Shown here piece after piece: positions 11,452 to 22,437 of a DNA stretch of 64,000 nucleotides (position 1 is its first letter; each line of letters opens with the position of its first letter). The notes under the pieces are model-generated. The model saw only the letters and a list, made by a program, of their open reading frames with translations, had not been told where the DNA came from and did not search any database. Source of the DNA: Naegleria gruberi (taxonomy: Eukaryota); the NCBI GenBank assembly GCA_000004985.1, contig GG738916.1; one strand, given 5' to 3'. Both the position numbers and the translations under genes were made by a program.

Positions 11452-11540
11452 ATAAACAACTAAACTTTCCTTGTAAAATTTGATCTTTGCAACAAACCAA
11501 ATGTTTTTGAAAATGAATTTCTCAAAATGACACTTGAAGT

Positions 11541-14500
11541 TTATTGAGTCTGCTTAAACATGGCCAGTTGTTTGTAAACTTTGAGCTTTGTTTGCTCATT
11601 TTCAATTAAACCAACAATCCAAGAAGAAACAGGAATGCTAAAAGCTCTCAAAATTCTTCTAGTCAACAATGCGATATTCAACACTGTAAATCTCTTAATG
11701 AGTCTTCTTGTTGGAGAAACAATTAACAACATTTCAAAGCAATAACCAATAGCCAAATGTGACAATGAATAAATTACTATCCTCAACTTGTAATAGAGTG
11801 GAAAATTAATCAAGCTTATTGCCTGTTTCAATAAATCAGTAGGTATGAAAAGTAAATAAGCTGTTGCCAAATAAATAATGATAATGAAAAGTGTAAAGGT
11901 AACTAATTGGAAATATTAACATCAAACTATTCTTATAATAAACTTACAATTGTTTGTAATGATTGGCAACTTGAATGGTTTTGAAATACTCATACAAATA
12001 GAAATATTGATAATACAGAATGTACACACAAAGAACATTATTGTCGTCTCATAGGAACGCAATAAATCATTCTTATAGTACATAAAGTTTGTGTTAATGG
12101 TTGGAGAGAACCATGGCTCACGCATAATTTCAGTCCAAACATGGAAAATGAAAGCAGAAGCAAGGAGAACGTGACCACCAAGGGAAAGGAAAATAAATCT
12201 GGAAATGAGGGTTGTTGGTGGTTTTTCTCTTTTCAGAGCTAAACTTGCATCAGTTCTCGTCATTAACAAGGTTGTTGGCATGACTACAATTAAATCAATA
12301 AATAAAAATTGAAAATCCACAAAATTACAATTTCTAGAGAGTAAGACAACAATTGTCATGATTTGAACAATAGAATAGAGGGCAATGAATTTGAAAATTT
12401 GGAAAAAGGTAAGTAAGCTTGCTCTACCTTCACGAATAACTGTAACCATTGAACCGACAGTTGGTTTCAAACTAGTGAATGGTGCTGCGACTGATATTTC
12501 TTCTGAAAGGGAAATACCAACATGGGCCGATCTGAGAGCACCCAAATCGTTGGCACCATCTCCAATCATACCTACGTCATATCCCATTTTTTGAAGTTCT
12601 GTCACTAGGGTTTTCTTATGATTAGGCGAAAATCTGGCATAAATATTGCATGATGTAAGAATGATATGAAGTAGAGAAGGTCTCTTAGTGTTAATGTATG
12701 GCTCTCTTCTGGTTTTCTTTACGAATAATCGATGTTCATTGTGTACATATTCAAACACCTCCCCAACAACTACAATGTCAATATTACGCAACTTGAGCAG
12801 CTCTTCTGTAGTAATTACTTGTCCACTCTCTGTTTGTCTCCACATGATATTCTGAATATAATCCACATTGGAGACTATTTCTCTCTTCAATTCACTCAAG
12901 TAACAATCCTTCTTTTTTTCAATAACTTTTGACTTTCTGGCAACATTTATGGAAGTGTATGCATTGTCACCACTACAAATGATGCACTTGATATTACAGT
13001 CCAATAATGTTTTGATGGATTTTGAAGTTCCTTTCTTTACCTTGTTTTCTACCAAGAGTAGACCAATAAATTCCATTTCTGATTCTACATATTCTCTTGG
13101 AAGGGTTTCCAACTCGGATAAAGTGAGATTGCTTGGTAATGTTTTACTGGCCAGTGCCATAACTCGATAGCCCTTCTGAGCATAACATTTCAACATGTCA
13201 GAGTAATTTGGAGGAATTGAGGATGGTTTAGAAATGGACTTGACAGATTCAGCACTACCTTTAGCAAATGCGTGTAAATTTCCAGTTGCATTATTCTTAA
13301 TTACTACAGACATTCTCTGAACTGAGCTCTTGAAATCAAAAACATTCAATTTAGAATAGGATTTCTCAACCTTCTGATCTGTTGACTCAAAGAATATTGT
13401 ATGACCATAAGCTGACTCGGAAATATCTTGCATGGACCACTTGCTAGTCTGGAATAATTTAGAATCCAAAGGATCACCAATAAAAGTTGTACCAACTCTA
13501 CTAAGATTGTTACAACATGCCAAACATTGAACCAATGTGCTATTAGAAGCAAATAATTTCGAAATGTTAGTTCCCTTGACATATGGATGAAAGAGACCTT
13601 CAACGGATGGGAAAATTCCATGAACATCTATTTCATTCTCGGTTATTGTGTTGGTCTTGTCAAAAACTGCAATTTTGACATATCCAGGAAGGTTAACTCG
13701 TAATGGTGAAGTACACAAAATCTTCCTCTTTCCCAATCTTCTCATAGTAAATGTTATTGTTGTTGTCATGGCCAATGGCAGGGTAGGAGGCACACTAATA
13801 GTGATAATATCTAGAATGTGTAAAAAGACATTTCCAGCTGGTGCTCCCAATTTGAATAGATTTGCAGCTGTTCCAATAATTCCAATAAATCCAGTCACTA
13901 CTAATACAATTAAGAATTTGAGAGAATCTCTATAAACATTAAACTCTGCAGTCTTTGGGAATAGAATTGATAAGAGTAATTTTCCTTTCAGAGTATTGAA
14001 TCCTGTTTGACTCACAATACCAAAGCATTTGTTTGCGAATAGACTGTTAGGAGAAGGTTTGGCTGTCAAAACTTGCGTTCCAGAAAATATTGTGTGATTA
14101 TTCTCTCTAGAAGGGTAATATAACTTGGCGTCATCATAGGGCAGTGGCCTCTTCTTGACTGGAATACTGTCACCTGTTAATTTTGATTCATTAACAATAA
14201 CTTGACCACCCAACAAAATAACATCACAAGGCAATGTCATACCATCAGTAATTTCAATAATATCTCCAGGGAATAAATCGAGAGAGTCCATTTCTTCCTC
14301 CTCTTCATTTCTCTTACTAGCATTCTCTTCTGAATAGATTGTTCTATTATATTTAGATGGTGCTCTCAGTGCAAGTCTATTTACAAAGCAATGATTCGAA
14401 GTCAAGTCCTTCAATTTTTTCAAATTATCATATGTTCTCCAAAAACTGAATGATATAACTATCAGAGTAACTATTGCTATTGAAATGCAATAAGTGTAAT

Positions 14501-15875
14501 ATTGTTCCAAAAACCAAAGCACAAGGATGAATACTTGGAAAAGGTAGAATGGATGTAAAATTTCATCTAATAGAATTTGTACTCCTGATTTCATTGGAAT
14601 TTCCGTAGAATTTTTACCAAATAGTAACTCTCTCAATTCTCTTTCATTTTCTGCTTCCTTTTCAGCCATTTTGTGAATTTTAGAAAATGGAATACATGTG
14701 TTAAATCTAACCCTGTGAAAACTATCCGTCACAGGATCATATATAAATACTAGAAATCTATATACAAAATATCGCACCATGATAGGTTCAAACGAAACTC
14801 TCAAATCCGAATCAAAATTCCTCACAAATCCTTTCTTAATTTTTACAATCGTCCACTGGTTTGTCTCCTTCGCCTTGATTAATACCTTTGAAGCATCAGC
14901 AAAGGAGTGACCATTGTTACTACTATACGAATAGGTCATGTATGATTTGAGCCATTTTAGCCACCGACAGCAAACCAACAATGAACCAGCACTCGCAACT
15001 ACACACAACCAAAACAATACTTCCAAGTAGAATTGATGCCTCAGTCCTTTTATCGAGGCAATTTCATGAACATACTTGCTTTGATTATCCAAATATTCTT
15101 CCTCTGGAGCATGTGAAAAATCCGAATCATCGTCAGGATCTTCAAAATGGAGTGAGAGGGAAGTTCTATGGAAGTGTGTATTTGGTTGAGTGGAAAATGA
15201 GAGTGGTGAGGAAGGATTTTGTTCGTCGTCATCAGAATGTGCAACAATTGGCTCATCCACATGTAACTGTTGTTGATGAGAAGCAGCTGCTCCTGGTGGC
15301 ACTGTAGCTTGTTGATGATGTGGTTTTTGCCTACTAGTAAGTGTGGAACTTCCCGATGATGTATACTCATTCAAAATTGCTTGCAAACTTGTTGATTGTT
15401 GCTTCTTGATGTGATGATGATGACTAAACTTATTCAATGAATAACTACTATTACTCGGACTAATTGGTGTTGGAGGATTTAAAGTGGGTGGAGAGTAGGA
15501 AACATTATAGTCTTCAATGAGAACCTCCTCCATATTACTACTACTATTATCATTGTCCACATGTTGGCGATGATTTGAATTATTAGTGAAGGAAGATAGT
15601 GAGTGAGGAATGATAACACTCACACTCTCCAAATCATCCAGACTACCACTACTACTACCCATATTCATATTCATATTATTATTTTGTTCTTCATCATTAT
15701 GAAACCTTTCATCTTCATCTATTGTTGATAATGTCGATTCATTCATCATTGCACTCTCGGAATCTACTCTAAATAAATTATTGTTGTTATTATTATTATC
15801 TTTGTTGTCGTTGTTATTATCAATGGCCAATTGATGAAGAGAATCATCCGAGCCTACAACATTACTATTCTTCAT
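11541..15875 (-). CDS. P5-type (P5B/ATP13A-like) P-type ATPase with variant catalytic motifs; one 3' intron
   Basis: Exons 11948..15875 and 11541..11902, with intron about 11903..11947 (minus-strand GTAAGT...TTAG, 45 nt). The intron joins the track ORFs 11922..15875 and 11541..11870 into one protein whose hydrophobic C-terminal helices continue. Motifs are PPTLPLAMT (P5 PPxLP), GDGANDLGAL (hinge), DKTNT where DKTGT is expected, and TGDS where TGES is expected. There are about 10 TM segments. N-terminal about 300 aa are poly-N/Q/S low complexity. Confidence 0.8.
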
Positions 15876-16232
15876 ATCTCTAAAAAGTAAAAATTAATGT
15901 ATTTGAAAGCCAACACCACAAGCAAGAAAAAAAGAATCACCAGCAAGCAAATGACTTGTGCGTTTTTTTGTTGTTTTTTCTTGTTCTTTGTTGTTTTCGA
16001 TTTTTTTACTTTTTTAACGTTAAAATTTGTACAAATTAGATAAGTGATAAACTTTACTGTAATGATCAAAGTGTCGAAATGGATGTTCTTTGCATTTCAT
16101 TGTTTTGGAGAGGTGCTTTGGTGCTGAGAGGGAAAATGGGTGGATTGAACTTTGGAGAAAGAGGGAATGATTTTCACATCGAGTGTGAAATTTGATTTTG
16201 TTTGAATGAGGATTTAAGGATTTGCAAAATAT

Positions 16233-16859
16233 TTATTGATTTTGACAAGTGGATTCTGGAACTGGGAATGAAAAATCAGAGGCACTTGATTGTCCCATAA
16301 TATTAAAAGTAGTAATTAAAGTTGGTTGACCATCTCCAATAATCTTGTACATTTGGAGTGGAAGTTGGAAAGCTCCAGTATGATTAGTATTGATATAATA
16401 ATCGATCACCATATTGGTAACAACTTTGTTATCATATCTATCACAAGTTCCAATTTTTTGAGTCATGATATTCAAGCAATTATTAACAATTCCAGTATAT
16501 TGCATTCCAGAAATAATGGCAGATCTCAATGGATCCATAGCCAAATTATGCATTCCAGCATTTTTACGTCTAGTACAAGTCCACTTTCCATTTGAATATT
16601 CAGTAAAGGCATAGAAAGTATCAACAGATTGAACATAGAAATAGGATTCATGGAAACCTTGTGGAGTAACAACTTTATGAGAGAAGAGACCCTTGTTATG
16701 ATTGGCAGCAACTTGAGTTTGGAAAATCTTGTTCTTTACATAATCATTTTGGATCATGGTGTAATCGTCAGGTAAATACAAAGATGGATCGGAGGAAACT
16801 ACTCCGATGATGATCATCAGTGTGATGAAGAGAATGATGGAAGCTTTGCTTGTTTGCAT
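16233..16859 (-). CDS. Hypothetical secreted protein (signal peptide, Cys-containing)
   Basis: 208-aa ORF. N-terminal MQTSKASIILFITLMIIIGVVSS signal-like segment. No recognisable domain. Confidence 0.45.
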   Translation of the reverse strand: MQTSKASIILFITLMIIIGVVSSDPSLYLPDDYTMIQNDYVKNKIFQTQVAANHNKGLFSHKVVTPQGFHESYFYVQSVDTFYAFTEYSNGKWTCTRRKNAGMHNLAMDPLRSAIISGMQYTGIVNNCLNIMTQKIGTCDRYDNKVVTNMVIDYYINTNHTGAFQLPLQMYKIIGDGQPTLITTFNIMGQSSASDFSFPVPESTCQNQ

Positions 16860-17136
16860 TTTTTTTTAATTTCGTTTTTTATTAAAATTGTGAAATGTTT
16901 GCGGAGTTACTTCTCCGAAATAGTAATCCATTACAGTTTTCCATAAAGCAAACAAATAATTGATATATAATTGTTCAATATTCAATATACAATATATCTT
17001 TGAAATTCAAAATATTTTACAAAAATTGAAAGATAAGGAACTTGTGAACTTGCTTCCCTTTCTCTTTTCCTTATTTAAATGGAGAGGACAAAGCAAAACT
17101 TGATAAATTTAATAAAAAACAAAGATAAAAGAAAGA

Positions 17137-17496
17137 ATGGGCAACGTACAAGAGCCAGCTAAACCAGCAACCAAATTTGATAATCTTTTGGAAGATTGTC
17201 CACATCCAAAAGGATGTTTGGCTTCATTTATGAAAACTGTTCCTGTAGAGGTGAAATTACACACCTTTTCATACGTTCCAATGAAGGATTTACCTAATTT
17301 ATTGTTAATTTCTAAACGATTGAAAAATTCCATTCTTGGATTTGATAATTTATTTGAAATTTATTATTCTGAATTTAGAAAGACGGCATTCGATGAAAGA
17401 AAACAACTTTCAAGAGGAAGGTGGAATTATGACCTAGATGAAAGTTATTATCCACAGATTATTCCAGAAAATATGAAAGAAATTCAAACAAAATAG
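17137..17496 (+). CDS. Small hypothetical protein with F-box-like motif (N-terminal MGN myristoylation-like start)
   Basis: 119-aa ORF. VEVKLHTFSYVPMKDLPNLLLISKRLKNSILGFDNLFE resembles an F-box. A-rich sequence upstream of ATG. Confidence 0.4.
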   Translation: MGNVQEPAKPATKFDNLLEDCPHPKGCLASFMKTVPVEVKLHTFSYVPMKDLPNLLLISKRLKNSILGFDNLFEIYYSEFRKTAFDERKQLSRGRWNYDLDESYYPQIIPENMKEIQTK

Positions 17497-17683
17497 AACA
17501 GCAAGAAAATTTCACAAAATTACAAAAGATTGAAAAAGGTAGCTCTGGATCATATTAGAGAAAAAGCTAGTCGTCAACAATCTGCCATGCAAAGATGCGC
17601 TGAATGAAACTCATTTGTTTTGAAGAAATTGTTTAAAACAATTCCAATTTCACAATTGATATACCTAGTGAAGTATTGTAGTT

Positions 17684-19384
17684 CTAATTCTGATTTTCTC
17701 TCAAGAATCTTGAAATATCCGAATTGGCTTGAGTCAAACGATGCATTACATCAGATAAATCCTGAATACAATGCAATTCCAATCCATCAAATAGAGTGGA
17801 GGGTAAATTCTCATCTCCACACTTTTCAATTTCAATCATTAGGTCAGAACGTGCTTTCTCAATGGATGCCATATTCAATTCAAGAGGAGAATTCAAAGAA
17901 ATATAATTATCAATAATAAATTTGGCAATTTCCTTTCGATTTTTGACTTGTTGTGGAGATTTGTATCTTTGAATATCTTGCCAACAAAGTACAGGTTCAG
18001 GACAATAGGATCTTCTCGCAAAATCCAATAAAATATTGAATGTCTTTCTGTTTTTCAGAACTAGCTCTGCACCACTTATCACTTCCTTTTTTGATTCCTC
18101 TACTGAAACTGATTTCAAATTATTCCAAGCAATTTTCAATTCCTGATTGAGTTCATAACAAACAGGCAATAGTACACACACAACAGTCTCCAAAGAAAGT
18201 GCTGTGCACATAAAGAGCAAATAGGGCACATAATAATCGATCAATGATCCAACAATTGGTATAAAACCAGCTACAATAAAAGCTCCCATTCCAATCGATT
18301 GAATCACCACATAAATCAATGATTCCTTCTTAATATTCCATGTATCTCTATCTGATCTGATACATAAAATCAATGTAAATACCTCCATGGCAATATAAAT
18401 AATTGCCTCTGTCAAGATTATTCCAAGAATACTACTAGTCATGATACATCCATAACCAGACTCAAAGAAACCAGCTGGAATGAGAGCTCTTTTTGCTGAA
18501 GGATCTGTTTTCTTATTGATTGTGTAGACAATTTCATCAATTCCACCAACAATGGCCCATAAAATAGTTTGAAATACGAAAACTCCCAAATAAACCAAAA
18601 TGACGAAAGAGTGACTGCCCATAAATTGGAAGAATTTCATTTTCCTCAGTTCTTTCATTGGAATTTCAATCTCACGATTGGAAATGGATTCTTTTGCATC
18701 TATGAAAACAACTTCATTAGTACTGGTTGAGGATTGTAAACTTGTTGGTGTGTCCAGTGGTGTATCCACAGGTGTGGCTGATTTTGGAGATGAAGAAGTG
18801 GTTGAAATTGAAGAATGAAACAATTCTTGATGTGGCATTCTAATAGTTGATGGTAATTCCTTTTCGTCTACATTACTCTGCTCATCCAAATGTCCATAAA
18901 GTTTCGTCTTTTGTAAATTAAACTTGTACATGAAATACAACTTTAAACATCGACAAATTGTCGGCAAACAAATCACAGGTCCAGTTACAAAGAAACACCA
19001 AGAATAAAGCGAACAAGGAAATTGCTTTCGTCCAATAATTATTCGAAGGCAAAATATTGCCACAAAGAATAAACCTGAAAACATGGTCAAGAAGAGATGT
19101 GATAAATTTCTCGCAACAACATGTCCTGAATTTCTCTTCCACAAAATCAATATCGAAGTGACAACCAATAAGCTTACATATAATATTAGAAAGGTCAACA
19201 CGACACCAAACGAAACTGTTGTATCAGGACAAATATCGTAATCTTGATTGGGATTGGCTTCTCGGCTGTATGGTGTTGTGAAGAGTGTTGGATCGCAAAA
19301 AGTTGAATTATTGCTGCTCGACGAGTTATTCGATTGTGATTCGTATAGAATGTGAAGAATCGAATAAAAGAGTTGATCTGTCAT
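17684..19384 (-). CDS. Multi-pass membrane protein with C-terminal RGS (regulator of G-protein signalling) domain
   Basis: 566-aa ORF with about 7 hydrophobic helices followed by an RGS-like segment (FNILLDFARRSYCPEPVLCWQDIQRYK...EIAKFIIDNYISLNSPLELNM). Confidence 0.65.
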   Translation of the reverse strand: MTDQLFYSILHILYESQSNNSSSSNNSTFCDPTLFTTPYSREANPNQDYDICPDTTVSFGVVLTFLILYVSLLVVTSILILWKRNSGHVVARNLSHLFLTMFSGLFFVAIFCLRIIIGRKQFPCSLYSWCFFVTGPVICLPTICRCLKLYFMYKFNLQKTKLYGHLDEQSNVDEKELPSTIRMPHQELFHSSISTTSSSPKSATPVDTPLDTPTSLQSSTSTNEVVFIDAKESISNREIEIPMKELRKMKFFQFMGSHSFVILVYLGVFVFQTILWAIVGGIDEIVYTINKKTDPSAKRALIPAGFFESGYGCIMTSSILGIILTEAIIYIAMEVFTLILCIRSDRDTWNIKKESLIYVVIQSIGMGAFIVAGFIPIVGSLIDYYVPYLLFMCTALSLETVVCVLLPVCYELNQELKIAWNNLKSVSVEESKKEVISGAELVLKNRKTFNILLDFARRSYCPEPVLCWQDIQRYKSPQQVKNRKEIAKFIIDNYISLNSPLELNMASIEKARSDLMIEIEKCGDENLPSTLFDGLELHCIQDLSDVMHRLTQANSDISRFLRENQN

Positions 19385-19934
19385 GTTGTGAGTAAAGAGA
19401 CAATTTTTTGTATACAGCTTGTTAAGAAACTTTTCTGCAATTGATGTGCCTTTTCACATTTTGATGTTTCTAAATCATTCAATGATGTCTGACTTGATGT
19501 CCGTAAACAGAATTTTTGTAATGATTCACATGCATTATTTAGACCAACTCGTTCTTTTAGCTTTTTTAGGATTCTCACCATACTAACCTGTAAAAAATTA
19601 TTTTCACAACCTTTCTTTGTAAACTCTATTGTAAAATGGCTCAATAATTATGGAGGAGAAATAAACTGGATCAATTTCGCCGCATTCTCAAATCCTTAAT
19701 AAGCTTCCCGCCAAACTAGGATATACAAAAAAACAATTAAAAAAAAATGTTCAAACAAAAAACTGCCGTCGCTGAAAAGCCGACTGTTGTGATTGAGTTC
19801 GGAGTAAGTTATTTGATGAGAATCATCAATTTTTTATATTAAGGAACAAATAATCATCATCTTCTCGCGATGTAAAATTGATAATGATGCGTTCGTATTT
19901 AATATAGTTAACAGCTTGCTGAGGTTCGCCACCT

Positions 19935-20204
19935 ATGCACAAAACTTCCAAATTAACTGGATTTGTGGATAGGTTAAAGGAACTTGGATTGGCTGTTGTA
20001 TTGAAACCTGTTGATGATTTTGGAACTGTTGAAGTTTATTTTGTTGTGGAGGGAGAATTGATTTTGCCATCCTCTGAGAATAAGGTATTCGAAGGAAGAT
20101 TGTATCAGTTCTATGCCTCTGGAGAGAGTGATTCTGAGAAGAGAGCTAGAATGGCAATTCAGAAAAAGATGGCTCAATTGAAAGAACCAACTCTTTTGAA
20201 ATGA
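19935..20204 (+). CDS. Small hypothetical protein; possible extra 5' exon at about 19747..19803
   Basis: 89-aa ORF. An upstream AAAAAATG (19747) opens MFKQKTAVAEKPTVVIEFG, ending at a GTAAGT donor (19804). An AG at about 19922 would join it in frame, but the acceptor is weak. Protein family not recognised. Confidence 0.35.
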   Translation: MHKTSKLTGFVDRLKELGLAVVLKPVDDFGTVEVYFVVEGELILPSSENKVFEGRLYQFYASGESDSEKRARMAIQKKMAQLKEPTLLK

Positions 20205-20562
20205 GCTGTTAATGGTTATTGAGAGAGAAGTTTGTTGGTGGATTGAGTGACGAATTGATTGGTGTAAACTTTACTCCATATCCATCCTTTAGATGATTGG
20301 AGTTATCACTGCAAATCTGAGAGAATTCATCAATAAAGTACTCGAACAAGACCCTAATTATTCCTTTATATTTTCATCATTATAATACATTATCCTATTA
20401 TCCAAAGAGCATATTCTAGATGCAACACAAGAAGGGGAAGTTTTATTATTTACAGAGAGGCATATTGTCTTGTGACTTGATAATAATAACTACATTATTT
20501 AGAATATATAGAGTGAATTGAAGTGAGATGTAAAGTTGAAAACAACCAATAATAATAATCAT

Positions 20563-20850
20563 TTAAAATGGCCAGCCAGTCAAATAAAACTTGACACCAG
20601 CAACAGCACCTGCAACAGTAACACCAACAGCAACACCAACTGGTCCACCAATGGCACCAGTGGCAGCTGCAGCTTGCATTGTAGAAACGGCACTTCCTGC
20701 AGCTACACCACCACCTGAAGCAATTGCAGTTGAGCTCATCCAAGCTGCTGCACAAGAACCAGCAGCAATGCCAGCTTTAGTAAATCCAAACCAAGAAACG
20801 GCTTGAGTAAATCCTAGGTATGTTAATGTTCCTGCAACAATGGAGGTCAT
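20563..20850 (-). CDS. IFI6/IFI27 (ISG12, Ifi-6-16 family) -like small hydrophobic Gly/Ala-rich protein
   Basis: 95-aa ORF AGIAAGSCAAAWMSSTAIASGGGVAAGSAVSTMQAAAATGAIGG. This matches the family core AGIAAxSxAAxxMSxxAIxxGGGVxAGxLVATLQSxGAxG. GC-rich Ala/Gly codons create the overlapping spurious ORFs in other frames (20495..20755, 20536..20718, 20591..20806). Confidence 0.65.
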   Translation of the reverse strand: MTSIVAGTLTYLGFTQAVSWFGFTKAGIAAGSCAAAWMSSTAIASGGGVAAGSAVSTMQAAAATGAIGGPVGVAVGVTVAGAVAGVKFYLTGWPF

Positions 20851-21258
20851 TCTTTTTTTTTTATTTGAAAATTGATGGTTATTTGAGAATATGTGTGGGA
20901 ATTTAAAGGATTTTCAATGCTAAGATATTTTTGGAAAGAGTTGGGAATTCCCAACCTTTAGTTGGGTTTAAAGTGTAATATTGATTGGCACTATGCAGAA
21001 TCAACGATACTACAGTAATGACCAATCAGTTTACAAGAGAGTACTGTATCATTTTCAGTCTAATTTGCTTGTTCGGAGCAGTAAAAAAGCCATTCAATCT
21101 ACTACTAACATCTACTATTGAAAAATATAGAGGGTTACTGTTTAAGTCTCAAGCCAACAACAAACACCCTACCTAAACTTTATAACCAAGTAACAACCAT
21201 ATAAAAACTCCGTTGCTACTTTTTAACATGTTGACAATCAAAAAAAACAAGAGAAAAC

Positions 21259-22389
21259 ATGCAAACTGTATTCAAAACTGTGGCATTTGCTGTCATCCTT
21301 CTTACATTTCTCATCACCTCTTGTGCTGCCTCTGTAAAGATTTTAACATCAACAACAAGAATCAAGCCAGATCAAATCATGGAGATTGATATTAATCGTT
21401 CTGGCTATGTTGATCAAGTCATTCCATTCAGTATGAAACAACAGGAAGGTTACTTTATTGTTGCAAGTGGTCCGAATCAAATTCACAGTGTAGATTCGTC
21501 CAATCATGTGGATTCCTTCATGTTGAATATTGCAATGAGCTCTAAATGGATGACAATGGGAGTTGTTGAGACATGTGTTGGTGGTTTATTCACACCACAA
21601 TACAATTTGTTGAATCTTGTTTATTCTGGTGAGGAATTGGGCAAATCATATATTGTTCAAGTCAACTTGAAGAATTTAACACAAATTGTTGAGGTGATTT
21701 CACTTGGAGCTAACAGTCAAGTAATTGATGTTCACGAAAATCGTGAATTAAGTGTTTTGCACATTCTTGTAAAGAAGGCTCAATCTCTTTCACTTTTCAC
21801 ATTCGATCCAAAGAATAATTTACTGAGAGAGCAAGGTTATCCATTGATGACCACTGGAAAAGTAGCATTCATGAAAGATACAGGTATTTTTGTTGGTATT
21901 GGAAACTCAACCTATTCACATTTGTTGTTGGTTGACCCGTATTCATTGAAAATCATTGATGGACAAGATTTGGATTCTTTTGGAATTTTCAATATCCAAT
22001 CATTGAGCTGCTTCAATTCAATGATTAGTATTGTCTACTCCAAGTTTGCAACTCGTAATATCGTTTATCGTTATGAAGCTGCCTCAAAAGCTCTCTACTC
22101 CATGGGTGGATTATTCTATGCAACAATTAAGAGATTTTCCAATTGTGAAATGTTCAGCGATCAAGCAAAGGTTGTTTGTGTGAATAATAATAGAGAAATT
22201 GTGAAAGTTCCAATATCGTCGAATGAGGAAACAAATTATTATCCAATAGAATCTGCTGAGAATGATTTGTCTAAGGCTTTTACTCAGATGGATGATGAAG
22301 GTCAATTGTTGCTCTATATTCCACAAAATTATGCAACTGATGATGGCTCATTTAGAATTGCTGTTTATAATTATGCTAAATTTGAATAA
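21259..22389 (+). CDS. Hypothetical secreted protein
   Basis: 376-aa ORF with AAAACATG start. N-terminal signal peptide (VAFAVILLTFLITSCAAS). No recognised domain. Confidence 0.5.
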   Translation: MQTVFKTVAFAVILLTFLITSCAASVKILTSTTRIKPDQIMEIDINRSGYVDQVIPFSMKQQEGYFIVASGPNQIHSVDSSNHVDSFMLNIAMSSKWMTMGVVETCVGGLFTPQYNLLNLVYSGEELGKSYIVQVNLKNLTQIVEVISLGANSQVIDVHENRELSVLHILVKKAQSLSLFTFDPKNNLLREQGYPLMTTGKVAFMKDTGIFVGIGNSTYSHLLLVDPYSLKIIDGQDLDSFGIFNIQSLSCFNSMISIVYSKFATRNIVYRYEAASKALYSMGGLFYATIKRFSNCEMFSDQAKVVCVNNNREIVKVPISSNEETNYYPIESAENDLSKAFTQMDDEGQLLLYIPQNYATDDGSFRIAVYNYAKFE

Positions 22390-22437
22390 ACTTATTTTCC
22401 CCAAGCAATTTAAATAAATAATTTAATCAAAATTCCT

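Noticed and set aside
19381-19644. 87-aa ORF immediately upstream of the RGS gene start
   Set aside because: It falls in the promoter or 5' region of the RGS gene. It has no homology and no splice signals linking it to a neighbour.
20495-20850. Cys/Trp-rich (20495..20755 -) and Thr/Pro/Ala-rich (20536..20718 +, 20591..20806 +) ORFs
   Set aside because: They are frame artefacts of the GC-rich Gly/Ala codon run of the IFI6-like gene. Only the 20563..20850 (-) frame gives a family-consistent protein.
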